Source: Moniliella sp. 'wahieum'
Lineage: Eukaryota
Length of the DNA: 64,000 nt
Assembly: GCA_003971905.1 (NCBI GenBank)
Contig: RSEE01000079.1
Coordinates: forward strand, 1-64,000
Direction: 5' to 3'
Shown: piece by piece, positions 39,711 through 54,658 of the stretch
Numbering within the stretch: position 1 is the stretch's first letter
Layout: the number at the start of each line of letters is the position of its first letter
Notes under the pieces: model-generated
What the model was told of the DNA's origin: nothing
Database searches by the model: none
What the model saw: the letters and a program-made list of their open reading frames with translations, nothing else
Made by a program: the position numbers and the translations under genes

Positions 39711-41184
39711 TTAGATGACAAACAGTCGAGTTCGGCTCAAGCCACCTGCTTGCCGCCTCGGCCCGCCCGTCAAGAGCGGGGTACCGATCCGTTGCGCCCG
39801 GGAAAAGGCAGCTTGAACATGCTCGGCAGTCAGGGCGCCTCGCGACTGGGTGGGAGCGAAAAAAGAGAACACAATGTACCTGAAGGGTCGAGAGGGTCTT
39901 GGTCTTGAGAAGGCTCAGCCCCACCGTCCTGGTTAGGCGATTGGTTACGGGCGCGTTTGCGGCTCGGGTCCTCATCTTCCTCCGAGGCTCGCTTGGTCCC
40001 CGCCGACGTACTTCTCCCCACGGGAGCCGCAGCAGGTGGGTTCTTTTGTTCTTCTTCGGCATCGCGCATCGCGAGTGCTTGCAAACATAGTTCTCGTACC
40101 AATTCACATGCCAGGAAACCGAGAATGTCAATGATGTCGTCGTTGGGCTTGACGTCAATGTACGAGCCGGCATCGATAAACTCGCGGAAACGTTTGTCTG
40201 GGCTCCGGTTGGGTCAACATCAAGCACGATGAGCACCACACACACACATCCACTGCAGTGGTGGGGGGGGAGGGAAGAGATAGGGGACATACTTTTGCGG
40301 TACGTGAAGGAAGCTTGACGGCAGTCAGAGTAATACACGTATTCCTCGGGCGTCATGCGCTTGGTCGCCTCGTCGGCTTCCTACAAAGGGGGAGTAATGG
40401 GTTAGATACCAAGACTTGCGGGAAAGAAGCGTATCAAGCGGGACTTACCTTGAGCCGCTGCTGACTAGCCAGTTGGCTTCAATGTCCTCTTCGTCGTCCT
40501 CCTCATCTTCCGCGGCGATCGCGGACGCTTGAGCCGCCTGGGCAATCGCAGCCACCGAAGAAGAAGCCATGTTGGTCGGCATGGCTGCAAGCGCACGGAG
40601 ATTTTCCGTGTACAATGTGGTTACTTCCCACGCGCATACGCATCTTGCCCTTTCCAGCTGGGCGGGCAGCAAGGTCGGCCGGACCGGCTCCTTCGGTTTC
40701 GGGAAGTGCATCGATCTCTCCCCCCACCAGCACCTCCTCCCGCTGCGTCCGCCCCATTCTCTCTTGCATTTTTCCGCACATCTTTCCAGCTTAGGTAGGT
40801 TCGTAAACGATTCACCTTGGCACGGTCGTGGCGAATGAGGAAAATCACGTCCTCGGGGGAAAGGGCTTTGCCTTGGCGCCGGCCGGCGAGGCGGCGGGCT
40901 TGAACAAGCTGGATGGTATCGGTCAGTCGGTCAGTCGCTTGCTATTGGGGGATGAAGGGGGGGGGAGGGATAGGGACGTACGAGCTCCACACACTGGGCA
41001 CGAACAATGTCCTCGATGACCCAACACACGTCCTCAGCGACGTCGGACATGCCGGTGAAGACGAAGACCTGAGTAGCATGGTCAGCATCGTAGCGAGGCA
41101 GAGTGGGGCACGGACACGCACCATCTGGGAGATCTCATGGCTGTACCGGTAAACGCGGCCGGACAAGGGATCGGCATCGGCCAT
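39711..41184 (-). CDS. SPT3: SAGA complex subunit Spt3
   Basis: [75 protein letters not shown]. About 4 introns. Confidence 0.93.
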
Positions 41185-41533
41185 TGTGGGTGTGCAGAGG
41201 GATTGGTGCTGCTGACGGCCCTGGTCTGATCGATCTGATGGGTCTTGACACCACCACCAACGGTCAGCGCGCTGTTCAAGTTGCGCCTACAGCACAAGCC
41301 CTCCGATCGCGATCTCGAGTCGGGTTTCCAGCCGACGCGGGCTTGCCGCCAGCGGTCTAGGGTTCCAGTTACCGGTTGCCGTTTAATTGCAGTGGTCGGG
41401 GCGGAATGTAGGGCAAGGGCTTACTTGCACCGTAGTGCTCCAGCCCCTGCAATTTGAAACCAGGTGGATTGGACCCTCTGCCTCTCCCACGGCCTCGAAT
41501 CAATCTAACCCCCCCGCCTCCACTTCTTCGCCC

Positions 41534-42459
41534 ATGGTCGTCTTCTTCACCTCGACGGGTACGTCCTGCCCCCGCCGGGTCAGCCGCGCCCCCTCGCCCT
41601 CTTCCTCACACCTTCACTCCCCATAGCTGTGTCGCCCCCCGCAACGCTCTTTATGGGCAAGGACAAGTTGAGAATGAGACGCTGCTCAAGTACGGCGACG
41701 AACAGGACGTCTGGTTCCATGTCGACAAGCTCTCCTCGGCCCACGTGTACCTGCGTTTGCCAGATGACGGTTCGTACGGATGGGATACCATACCACCTGC
41801 CTTGGTGCAGGATGCAGCACAGTTGACCAAGGCCAATTCGATCCAGGGCAACAAGGAGAAGAATGTGGCTATCATCTACACCCCTTGGTCCAATGTGAAG
41901 AAACAAGGCGATATGGCTATTGGCGCCGTCTCGTTTCACAACGATCGTCGGGTTCGCCGCATTAACATTCCAGAACGTGAAAATGCGATTGTTAACCGAC
42001 TCAACAAGACCAAGCGGGTGGAGGAGGTGGATCATGAGGCGGTGCGCCAAGAGCGTCTCCGCAAGGCTGGGCGTATCAAGAAGGAGGCAGCAGTAAAGAG
42101 TGTATGTGGGAACCTCACTGTATCACATTGTACTAATCTAATTGGTTCTAGAAAAACGAGGAATTGGCCGCCCGGCGTGCATACCAGGCCCGACAAGGAC
42201 GCTCGCGATTACAGCAAACGTATGTATTTCTCTGGGTACAGATGCGAATGTGTCCCCCCCCACCTCCCTCCCTCGTACAGATATCTGACATGCACGGCAT
42301 CTTGCCTCTTCCCTGCTTCGATTGTAGTGTTCTCGCCTGAGGCTATGGCCGAGGCAGAGAAGAGCAACAACGGAGGCAAAAGCTAAAAGCGCTTCAAAGA
42401 AGGAGCAGAATGAGGACGAATCGGCAAGTGGAGAGGAGAGCGACGATTCCTTCATGTAA
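41534..42459 (+). CDS. CCDC25/Jlp2-like NFACT-R (DUF814) protein
   Basis: MVVFFTS|...FMGKDKxENETLLKYG...WFHVDKLSSAHVYLRL...KANSIQGNK...IYTPWSNVKK...NRLNKTK; ends DDSFM. Introns present. Confidence 0.9.
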
Positions 42460-42476
42460 CAAGATTGATGATGGAT

Positions 42477-43590
<1,114 letters not shown>

Positions 43591-43839
43591 TCACGCGCAG
43601 CCTGAGAAGAATGATTAATTGATTAATGATGCCGATGATGGATGATTGACACGAACATTGAAACACTCAGCCATTACAAGTGCCATCCTGCGCTCACTAC
43701 ATCGCCCTTCTTCCTATGGCCACCATGCCGCCAGTATAACAGTGTCGTATACAGCACAACAGATAGCACTGGCAAGCATACATATTCTGAGGCGACTACA
43801 CCTCCGACATGACCGACTGCTGTCGCCCCGCATGGCCCG

Positions 43840-46800
43840 TTAGGGTATGCGTACTTCCCGCATGCGGTTGTGGAGCGAGTCTTTGGCCCAGACAGCCGTG
43901 CGCACCGCCCCGTAGCCATACGAACCACGGTGCCGCGCATGAAGCGCTTCCCGCTTGGCCTGATGGATCGCCCGGCGCTCGTGGCGATCAATCACGCCGT
44001 CGTCGGCAGCGTGCGAGTTGATCTCGGCCTGCTGCGGCATCCCGCGCAACCGCTTGAACGTCTCCCACTCATGGTTCATCGTCCGGCCATCCACCAATTT
44101 TGCGTGCGCCAGCCCAAACCCAGGACGGATCCGCAATCCAACCCGCATCTCCCCCACTATCCCATACTGGTGGGTCAAAGCTGCTTCGGGGCTAATAAAG
44201 TTCCCCGCTGCCACTTCCGCGCCGGGACCGGCAAAGATGGGGATCGAACCCAAGTGACGGCGATTTGGATAGATCCTCGTCCAGTGAACCACCCACGACA
44301 CCACCCTTCATCCCTTCGGGCAGACAATCGGAATGTCTCCAAGCCACTGGGCCGCGTACGCATCACACTGTCTCCCAGGAGAGAGCGTGGCAATGCCGAG
44401 GTGAGGATTGAGTCCAAAGATGGCGTTGGTCATGTAACGGTCAAAAAGGGGATTGTCTTGAGTGATATGGGGTTGGTCTCGCTTGGGCTGGGCTTGTTTT
44501 CGTTGGGGGACCAGAAGCTGTGGTGCGAGCAGACGGACCATCCGTCCTTTCGGTAGGTACTGTGTCTCGTCAGGAACGGAGGCAGGTGTAATTTTGTGCC
44601 CCTCCGCATCCTCATTGGCGTCTTGTTGGTGGTCCATGTTAGACCAGGCACCCGTCATGCCCTGAGCATAACGTGAAACAATGTTCGAGCCACCATCACT
44701 GGGGTTGTACTGGCTAACGTCAAAGAGATGGGTAAGCTGCCCAACAGTGATCATTAGTTTGGCTGAATTGAGCTTGGTGTGCCACTCTTCATAACTGCCT
44801 CCCTCAGCTTGACTGAGGGGCGCTGAGCCACCCAGCTCCAATACTTCCTTACTGGGGGGAAGGAGTATGTGATCGGTCCAAAAACTCGAGGGAGGCAACT
44901 TCGGCCCCACGCAGTTCGCGCGGAAGGTTGATGCACATGGAGCGGAACAGGAACGAGAGCTGTACCTTGCCAAAAGCCACCCCATCGGACAAGCTGAACT
45001 TGCGCGATACTTGGGAGCTGGTGGTGAAGAGGTCGGGCAAGTCAAGACTAGCGCAGAGGGGTTAGCCATCATGGATATGACTGGACATGGGTGCAAAAAA
45101 AGGATGGGGATACATACGACACAATGCCCATAATGGGGTCATGCTCACGAAGGCGTGCGTCTCGTACACAGATGGTCACGTTGGCGCTCCGCCAGTCGCG
45201 TACCATGAGCTCAACCCCAGCGTTGTAAAAGGGCTCATTGGTGTACTGCTTGACGCGCGTACGATACCATACCTCCTCGTTGAGCAAAACTTCAACATAG
45301 GCAGAAGGGATTCGATGACTAGCTTGCTCATTGTCAATATCCTGACCTGCCCCACCTTCACGGGCCCGACCCATGTACCCCCGTTCCACGTCTCGGTTCT
45401 CCAGTCCCGCAATCGACTCGACCAGAACAGAGAGGACGCCTGTGGGGTAGTCTGGGTTCGGAGGACGATGCATCGTCTCACTCGCTTGGAGCGCAAGCGC
45501 TTCTCGCTTTGCCCGTTCATCCCGACTCTTTTGCAGGGACAGCTTCTCCCGCTTTACCTCTTCCGAGTCGGTTGGGGCAATATGGACCCGAGATGCCATC
45601 AAGCGGCGATCCTGCAACTCGGCCTTTTCTTGGTCACGCAATGGGCCGCTACCTTGTCCATCTCCTCCACCGAATTGACAGTATTTTTCGCCGTGGCGGC
45701 TTCCTTGGCCGGTACAGCGACAACAGGGGTTCCGAGAGGGGCCTTTTCAAAGAACCCCACCTCGTAGGTGAGCTCACCTTGCATCTCGGTCCCCTCGTCG
45801 AATCCTCGCAGACCGTCGGTAGCGATGCCATTTGTTAGGTCGGCGCATCAGCTGCCGCACCGAGCGGGTCACACGACCAATAATGTCGTCGGCGCTGTGC
45901 CGGTCCCAGTCCCACAACTGGATGGAGAGCTGTTCATCGTTCTTCACATCGTTGGCAGTGATAAGAATAAAGGCGTACTCGTTCCAGACCGGGTTCAAAT
46001 CACGACGGACAATGCGGGTATGGTACAAGGGCCGACCAAACTTGGCGAGCATCACGAGAATGTAAGGATCGCTAAAGCCATTGGGATCTTGGCTGCTCAA
46101 GTTACGAGCATAGTCGATGTGCACAGCAAGAATGCCGAGTGTATCCGTATCCTTTTGATCCCATCGCCCGAAAGAATGTCGGCGAGGTTGAGAGTCATGC
46201 TCTGCGGCGCAACATAGGCATTGGCCGCTGCCGCAATCGAAGATTGAACAAACGATGAAATGAAAGGAATGTCAAGAATGTTGCCCAGATTCTGAATCAT
46301 GGGTACCACACTGACTGACTCGATCCGTGGGACACCCATCAAGGTAAACGTCAAGTTGCGCAAGTAGGGAGGTTCGCTGACCAACTGCGCTCGTAGACGG
46401 ATCGTTCCACTTAATTTCTCGATCTGTACCCACACAGGGAACGGCACTTGGAACATGTCATAGCGCCGATAAAGAATTGGATCATCATGTGAATATTGTC
46501 GGCGCGGGGCGAGTGCGGGGCAGCAGAATAACTAAATGACGCTTCGAGGTGGACAAACCCACCCGCCTCATCTAGGATGCTAATCTCCTTTTCTTGTGCC
46601 GATTCAGGGAGGATGGGGTCCTCGGCATTGTTTAAACCCTGATCCTTAGATTCGGGCACCCATCGATCCTACCGAATTTGGTTGCTCCCCTGATTCTTCG
46701 GCTGCATCCTTGGCCTTCTTCTTGCCCAGAGCCGTGAAGCACTTTGCCCAGCACACGCGTTCGAAGCTTGTGTACAATCGGCTCCCGCTTGGTCAACAAC

Positions 46801-48438
46801 TCGGCCTCCTTGAGGTCGGCCAAGTCCGTTTTGTTCAACGCCGTCTCTGTCCTCACAGGACGATCCAGCTCAATCTCGTTTTCCCGGTTGACCGGCCCTT
46901 CCATCACATCGGGGTTGGTATTCTGGTCGGCAGGGACGCTCATCTTGTCAAGCAAACTAGAAGGGACGGAAGAGAGCTCCTTCTCGCCAGACTGGGTCGG
47001 GGTGGAATCCTTAGAAGCAGAAGATGACCCTTCGTAGAAAGAGCCGACCAGTTCGTCGATGCTTGCGGATCAGATGGGTCAGATGGGCCAGATGAGAGGC
47101 CTGGTTGAGTTTGGGGGTGGGGAGAAGGAGATTCCTTTGAAGTCGGAACGCCCGCATTGTCCTCGGATGTTTTGGCCCGCAACGAGCGCAAAGCGACCAA
47201 TTGAAATGGATTGATCCCGATCCCAATGTCGTCCACCTTGACGGCATCGATAAAGTGGGGAGCGATGCTTGCATTACATCCTCCACTTGATCAGCTAGGG
47301 GGACAAAGACTGAGGGATCAATCTGCTTCCAAAGGGCCTGGATTGAAGCGTTGATCCACTCTACACTTTCAGGCATAGGAGGGATTACCGTTTCGTTCCG
47401 CGCAGTGAAGAGAGCGTAGCGTTGCGATTGGAGTTGACGGATCAATTGTTGGCGGATCAACGAAAAAACAACGCACAGCAGTGCCGTCAGGACCGTGAGG
47501 GAAAATGAACGGGCCACAAAGGAGTACGGGTGGCGCGAACCAACAGTGAGGATATACCCAAGCACGACAAACAGAATGACCGTGCCGGCATACAGAAGGA
47601 AAAACGTCTCTTTGATTTTGGTCAGAGCCGGGTCCTCCTTGAGATGCCATGTGGGTAAGGGAAGGTCTTGGGAAGCGCTTTGTCTGTGATGACAGGTGAA
47701 TATGCTGGGCTCGGACAGTGTCCAGTTCGTCCATGCCAAGAAATGAGGTAGAGTAGCCCAGGGGGAAAGATGGGTCTACTTTGTCCCAAGCAATTGCCTG
47801 GCTTTGCAGCGCTGCAGCCGCGGTGGATGGAATGTCACGGGCACGAAACCCTTTGATGATGAGCTCGATCGGGAGCAGTCCCACTGTGAGAGCAGTGTTG
47901 CCGACAAAGCCGACGGTATCTCCAACAAAGCGAATCGGAGGCGGAGCACGCTGTAAGGCATCATGAAACGCAGCCCAACGAGGGTGTTTGTTGGGATTGG
48001 GGCTGTGCAGCTTGTGGATCGTCTTGGGCATCAGACCTGATTTGGTTGGCAGGCCCCATCGCCACCGGCCACAGGTTGAGGTACGGCATGCTGCTCCCCA
48101 TTGGGAGTAGCATCCTCAGACTCCTCGTCCTCGCTCTCGGAATCGGGAGGAAGACCGGCATGCTGCCGCGCGGTGCGCACAGCGAGCTCGATGCTGTCAG
48201 TTGAAGACTGATCTGAGTGAGAGCGGGCAAGGGGAGGACGTTGGTGGTGCTGGTGGGGCTGGTTGGGTTGGGCGTCATCGAGCTTGAGAATGTGGGCTTT
48301 GGCGAGGAGGCGTTCAACACGGGCAACCCCGCCGTTAGACGACGGCGGCATGGCGGTGGGGAATGGGGATGGGAATGGGGATGGGAATGGGGATGGTGAC
48401 GATGATGGCTGGCCAGCTGAGGTAGACGGAGCTTGCAT
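43840..48438 (-). CDS. Membrane-anchored SMP + C2-domain protein (Mug190 / tricalbin-like)
   Basis: Hydrophobic TM segments; SMP start PESVEWINASIQ...DQVEDVMQASLP; C2 with SDPYILV...DLNPVWNE...LWDWDRHSADD; second C2 with PSAYVEV...YRTRVKQYTNEPFYNAG. The start codon is uncertain (48438 or 48351). Confidence 0.85.
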
Positions 48439-49099
48439 CGGTCTTACCGGTTGCCAGGCCTTGCGCTTAGCCCAGACCTGGATCGGGCCTGCTGGGGGCA
48501 GTAGGTGCTATGGAGCGCAGGCACGGCCCCATGACCTCATGTTACTCGTTGCTCGCATTCTCCATAGCCATGTCACGGCACCAATGACGTCACTACCATT
48601 CATCTTCTGTGGTTAATGACGCCGATTGAAGCTGAACTCAGCACTTTACCCTGTTCCGCCCAAGTTGTCACGTGATTGCATATTCCGCTCCTGATGCTGG
48701 CTAGAATGAACATTCAAGCTGTTGAAGATCATCGATGATCGATGATCCTCAGTGACGTTTCAATTGATGAATACCGAGGGGGTCACCGGTCACCGGGTCA
48801 CCGCCGGCCACCCTCCTTGTGTTTAATCGGTATACCCAGTGGCCCAGTACCCCCAATACTACAACTCAAGTCCATCCTATCCCAGATCCGCGCCCGACGG
48901 CCGTGGTCACAAGGCGAGAAGGAGTGGGGTTGGCGCAGCGCGGTGGCAATATGTATCGAGTGAACGGAGCACATCTCAGCGGGGAGATATAATGAACACA
49001 ACATCACTGGCATATATGGAGAGCTGATGAACTGGGACTGAGGACGATGAACGTTGGACAATGGGGGAGGAACATAGGCGGAGGGCGGATAGACCACAA

Positions 49100-49850
49100 T
49101 CTCATGTTGCATCGTTGCCATATATTGCTTGTTGCCACTACTTCTCAGTTGCCACCACAAGTAAGCTAGAGCACGCTGACTGTCCCCTTTGATGCCCATG
49201 CTCTTTTGGATCATCCCAAAGTTCCTTGTGATCTTGAGCAGATGCTTTGCCTCACGAAATCATTCTAGGGTAGCCTCGTCCGTCCATACTTAGATCAATT
49301 TGGTGGGTTGGTGGGTGTACAGCAGCTTGAGTTGGTGACCGACCAGGTAACAAAGAATCCCGTTCACGACTTCCCATGACTGATTGGTCGGCTTGGCATT
49401 TGACTGTCCCGCAAATCCAGCATCAAACACAATATCCGGACGTGTGCCTTGGGATGCATACAGGATCGATCCCACCCCTGAGTGGTACTCCACCACAATG
49501 CGCTTGAGAATGGTCCCTTCCTCATCCTCCTCGGTCCGCTGTCCTGATCACCGATTTGTGGTCATAGTAGGTAGCAAACGCCAAATCACCTCCGTCGCGC
49601 CCTGCTCCGCAAGGAGCTGAGCCACACCGGCAGAATGGTTCAGACACAGGCGACCACCAACGCGACCGTATATTCGGCAATGAGTCCTACCATTTTCTTA
49701 ATTGGGCCAAGGTCCTCCTTGACCACAAAGAAATCATTCAGCGCGCGGTGAACACGACAGAACTAAAGCGTCTTCACTCGGAGGGGTAACAGCAAAGTCG
49801 TCAACCCCAGCACAACGGTTCTCAACTAACACCTTTTGGTCGCAATTGCA
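49100..49850 (-). mobile_element. Degenerate Ty1/copia retrotransposon remnant (RT C-terminus and RNase H)
   Basis: GVDDFAV (YVDD-like); YHSGVGSILYASQGTRPDIVFDAG...PTNQSWEVVNGILCYL; REAKHL...KGDSQRALA (DNQSA-like). Stops and frameshifts present; no LTRs recognised. Confidence 0.8.
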
Positions 49851-51199
49851 TTGCTCTACGTCCGACTCCGACAGGAGGTTCTCCACCCAAATTTCTGGGT
49901 TACTCCACCATGGTCTCTCAAAAAGCATCGATGTCCACCGCAACAGTAGAGGGCAAGGTAGAAGAAGGTGGAAGAGAACAGGAAGCAGAGAGCATGCAGG
50001 GATAAACAAGAAGAGTGATGCAAAGCACCACGCAGTTCCGCGTTTTCTGCTTGCTACTTCCTTTATATATACTAGTCGCTAGTCACTAGTAACACGGCCT
50101 AGTTTACCAGTTACTACTTGCGATCAGTATCAATTTAAGTTAGAGTACAAGGGTATCTACGTAGTCGCTGGCGGTACCCACTACTACAGACACGTTATGC
50201 GCGTTATGCAGCTATGCATTATGCACATCGTATGTCATCAAGCATGATCAGGCCCAGGGCACAATGCCGGCCTGGCGCTGGTCTGCAGCGACAACTCCGA
50301 AGTACCCTCTGTGTTGCGCCGGCCGCTGCGCCCAGGGACCCACCACAGCTGTGCCTTACCGCCAAACGTTTCTCTTCTCTCTTCCCGTTAAATTCGTTAA
50401 AAGAGGCGCAGTAGCATGTTGGAAACCCACATGCGTCTCACATGGTGAGCACGTGTTAGCGCTGTTAGCCCTCATCGAGTCTCCGCCATTTGCCTATAAT
50501 AGGTGAATTTAGTTTGACGGAAGAGGCGGTGGAACAGCGACAGAATCTCTTGTCAGGCCTCTGGGGGCTCCTGCTTCAGAGCTCTCTTTCACTTCTTCCT
50601 TTTCGCATGCCACCTCCCTACCTAAACACGGCCCACATCTTTGCGTTCTGCCCCCTTTTGTACCAATCTTTGATTTGGAGATGCGATCGATCCTATGTAA
50701 TCAGGTGCTAACGGTTGGCCCTTATTGAGCCAGAATGAAGGACGGTTACCTATAACGAGCGAGTCTTAATCGTATACGCCGTTTCCGCCCACTTTTTGGG
50801 TTCAGATATCGAGTACACGCAACTTATATAGTTCCTGATGTGGGCACTCTCTCTCTGCAATTCTTGATACGGACATATAGTAAATAATACTGTTGATGAC
50901 GATATTCTACTATGCTTTTGTGGGTGCCGCCAGTCCATCCGTCCATCCGTCCATTACAGGAGCAGATCGAATTGGTGACGCATTATACCAAGGGTCGAGC
51001 AAGAAGGGGACTCGAAACGATCCAACCTTTGACGTAAAAACACCGAGAAAGCAGAAGAACGAGCATGAGGAGTCAAGCCGGTGAAGTGTGGAAAAGGTCT
51101 GTTTTCCTTAATTGGTGCCTTTTGGCTGTGCATGGTGGGCGTCAGCTCAGAGAAAATGCCTATTAGCTGAGGATATTGTTTCCAGCTCACAGGATCGAT

Positions 51200-51470
51200 C
51201 CAAAGATTGGGCCCACACACACTACTGTTATCCGGTCCTAGGGGTCGGGTCACATAAGTCTTCGGACCCAGGGGTTGGGCCCACACCGATCAGCACCAAG
51301 GGTTGGGTCCACATGCAACCCTTCCATTCCAAACGTTGGGACCACACATGGCTCTCGGTCCCAATCGTTGGGACGCCAACTTGACGAAAAATAAGAGTTA
51401 AAGCGTTATAATTGCACCCCCACCGGTCCCTTCAAAAGGGGCCAGCTGGGCCCAAAGGTTGGGTCCCACA
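51200..51470. repeat. Array of 7 degenerate ~19-bp repeats CCAANNGTTGGGNCCAC with variable spacers
   Basis: Units start at 51200, 51237, 51268, 51296, 51329, 51361 and 51452. Confidence 0.75.
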
Positions 51471-53430
51471 ACGCCGCTGAGAAGAGGGTACAGTTACTAT
51501 CATATCGGGCTTGGGACGTGAAATGCTTACAAGCATGTGCCGCTTGGGGCTTGAAAAGCTTACAAGCATGTGCCAAAACGGAAATCACCTTCTGGCTGTG
51601 TATAACCTATAGTATATATTCAACACCCTGCAGGCGCACCCTGGTATGCCGCGACAACACTGCTACTACTTGGAAAGCTGTGTGATTTTTGTGCTGGAAT
51701 ATCGGAGTCTGCATGTGACTTTAATTGAGATAGGCGAATGGGGGGCCTAAAGTGGCTTCTTTGTTGAGCAGCCCTCCTTGGAAATACGGGGTAGGGGTAC
51801 ATGGATCGATGATCCTTTACAGATGAGGAAGAGATGAGATCGATAGCATATACGCGCGAGAGAGAGTTGTACGAAAGAACAGCAGGGGGGGGGAGTCAAG
51901 CGCTAGTAGGGAATAAGCTGAAGTTGAAGTTGGAGCGATATGATCGAATGTTAACATATGGGGCGCAAGAGAGAGAGAGCGCGGACGGATCTGGCGTAAG
52001 TGCGTCAGCGCGCATCAGCGCGTCAGCCCTCATCAAGAAACAAAAGAGCAGCGCATCAGTGAATAAAAGCATTCGCACTATTAGTAGGCTTAAATGAATG
52101 TACAGAGTCGGTCACTGATGTCCTATATCTAGGCTCGGCACAAGAGTATAATCGTAATATACTTCTAACGTTAACGTTTAACGTTTAACGTTTAGTAGTA
52201 ATGCGATCATATACCACACACTATATATGTCATCATACACTCTATCTTGGGTTAGAGTAGTTGCGTCTGGGACGTGTTGCAGGACGTGTTTCTCCTACGA
52301 TGGGGAGGCATGACAGGTATAGACCTTCGGCCTTCAAAAGATGTTGGTATATATAATGACAACCTTGTTCTCAGACGGGGGGGAGCTATTAAGGCGAATT
52401 TCAGCATATACTAGTGTCACACATAGTAGACACTGCTCCACATAGATCTTCACACAATGTGACCAAAGATGTCAAGTCTCTCTCTACCTGCAGGTAGGAC
52501 CCTCCTCTCGATCTCATCGATCATCTCTGTTACACAAGCTCCTACACATACAGCTGGGTGTGAGTAATATATACATTTGTGATTGGGTTCTGAAGTCTGA
52601 AGCTTGAAGGCTGAATATGTAAGCCTCAGTGTGAGGTGTGTGTCTCGGAGCCGCGGCACGTTGTATATAGTGCGAAAGCTTATGTGCTGCATACGATGGG
52701 GTTAGACTTTTGGCTAGGCTGGCAGATGATTTGCCAAACTGTCGGGGAGTGGAAGCAGCACCTATGTATGTCGCATCCGCCTGCCACCTCCTCTCTCCGC
52801 TTCCTACGATGGTTTGCTTGTGTGTGTGAGGTAAAAGGGGGGAGGGCACAACGCGGCAACCAAGACGCTGAGTGCTCAATTGAGCGCTGTAGGTGTGTTG
52901 TACTGGACCACTGAGTAGCTTTCATGGGGTGTGCAGTTTGTTGCCGCCGTGGCCTTATGGAGGCCCCAACTGATAAAGCACGCAGCTGTTGGCAAGGGCA
53001 CCAGTATTGCGCACGGCCAATGACAAACAGTCTCAGACGTATACTTTTTGTATGGCGCCTCGAGAGCATCATATATATATCGTAGCGACTTGACTTTTTC
53101 TCGCTCAGATATAAATAGACTGTGCTCCTTCCCTCCCCACACGCTGTCCATTCATGCCCTGCTCATGTGCCCACCGCCTTCCTCCCCGAGGCCCGGTTTC
53201 GCCCTACCAGCTCCTCACACTTTTGCCTCTTCCATGCCCAGTCCCACCAAGTCATCCTCCTCCTTTTCTCCTCCTCTTTCTCCTCCCAGGATCTTGTTTT
53301 GATTGAACAGTCCGACCCGTCTCCATCCACTGGCATCGCTGCCAACCCGCTTGTGCCCAGCCCCCGACGCCAGGTTTCGTGTTCAGCGGTTCCTCCTGTT
53401 ACCCAACCCCGCCTTTCACGCCAGAAGCGC

Positions 53431-54658
53431 ATGACCAATGTTCCCAAGCGACGCACTCGTCCCATCAGCGCGTGCGAACCATGGTATGTTTTCCTCGCCG
53501 TTCTAATTCCTCTTGCGTATTCACCTCATGAAGTAGCCCCTCCATCCCCCCCTGAACTAATGCCTGCCCCTCCCCCACCTCTGACACTCCCCAGCCGCAA
53601 ACGCAAGATTCGTTGTGTGCTTCCACGCGAGGCAACCGCCTGCCATTACTGTCAGCACACGGTTTGACTTGCCTTTTCCGCATTGATGATCTATCCCCTC
53701 AAATGAGAGCCGAGCGCTTTGCTCACCACGCCCCCCCCTCCCTTCAACGCCCATCTGCGTATCCCTACCCTGGAATGAAAGAACCCATGCTCGTCGAACA
53801 CTGATTGTCCCCCTGCCTCCTTGCTGGAACAAGCAACCACAACGGTAGAGCCCAAGGTAAGAGAAGGCAACACGACAGAACCCCAGCATGCCGTCAGCAC
53901 TCGATGCAAGATTCCTCCTCGTCGGCCTACAGTGTTTCGTTCGTTTGCAAATCCTTCCCGTCTGGGCGCACCGACGGCGCTGCCACCAGCCGTGGGAAAA
54001 TGCGATGCTTCCTCCACGCATGTCTCCAGTTCGCACGCCTCCGTACAGGACCCCGTGGCGGAACCCATCTCACTTCATTTGCCTTTCCCTTTACACCAAC
54101 AGAGTAACAAAGGCCTAGTCTCCGGAGCACACACCCTGTGTACCCACAAGTTACTTTGTCCTGATCCTGATTGGACCAACTTCCATAGCCAAGCCCCCCC
54201 CCTCCTCATTTCTCCTCCCTTTCCTGAGCAGCTGGCGCAGCCGTTCTTATCCGTATGGCCCCTCTTCCATGGGAGTTGGGCACACCCCACTCCCACCAGT
54301 TCCTCATTTTCATGTGGCAGGGACAAACCGTCCAGTTTCTTCCAACCTCTCCCCGAGAGTGGTAGATGGCGAGCATGAGCAAGGAGAAGGGTACGGACGG
54401 TCCTGGACGGATGAGCAAACTTCGACATACTCTGCCTCTCTGTCTACTATTACCACTCCTCCACGCCCTTCCTACCTAGTTGCATCCCTTCCCTTGCTCC
54501 TCCCTGGCCCTCCTCCCCCTTCACTGGCGCACTGCCGAGTTTTCCCATGTACTCTTTCAATCCACCATCTAAACCTACCCACTCAGATGCTGATTCCGTC
54601 ACATTGCCCGGACCTGGTGTTGCTCCTCTTCCTTCGTATTCCTCTACTGCCAAAGTGA
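53431..54658 (+). CDS. Zn(II)2Cys6 (Gal4-type) transcription factor, short; both ends uncertain
   Basis: RRTRPISACEPC|RKRKIRCVLPREATACHYCQH(H)GLTC, with intron 53484-53594 and a 1-bp frameshift at ~53660. The downstream sequence is Pro/Ser-rich. Confidence 0.75.

Noticed and set aside
49950..50200. LTR of the copia remnant
   Set aside because: TATA-like and ACTAGT-rich sequence is present, but no matching second copy, TG...CA pair or PBS/PPT could be identified.
51200..51470. CRISPR array
   Set aside because: The context is eukaryotic, the repeats are degenerate, the spacers are only ~10-18 bp, and there are no cas genes.
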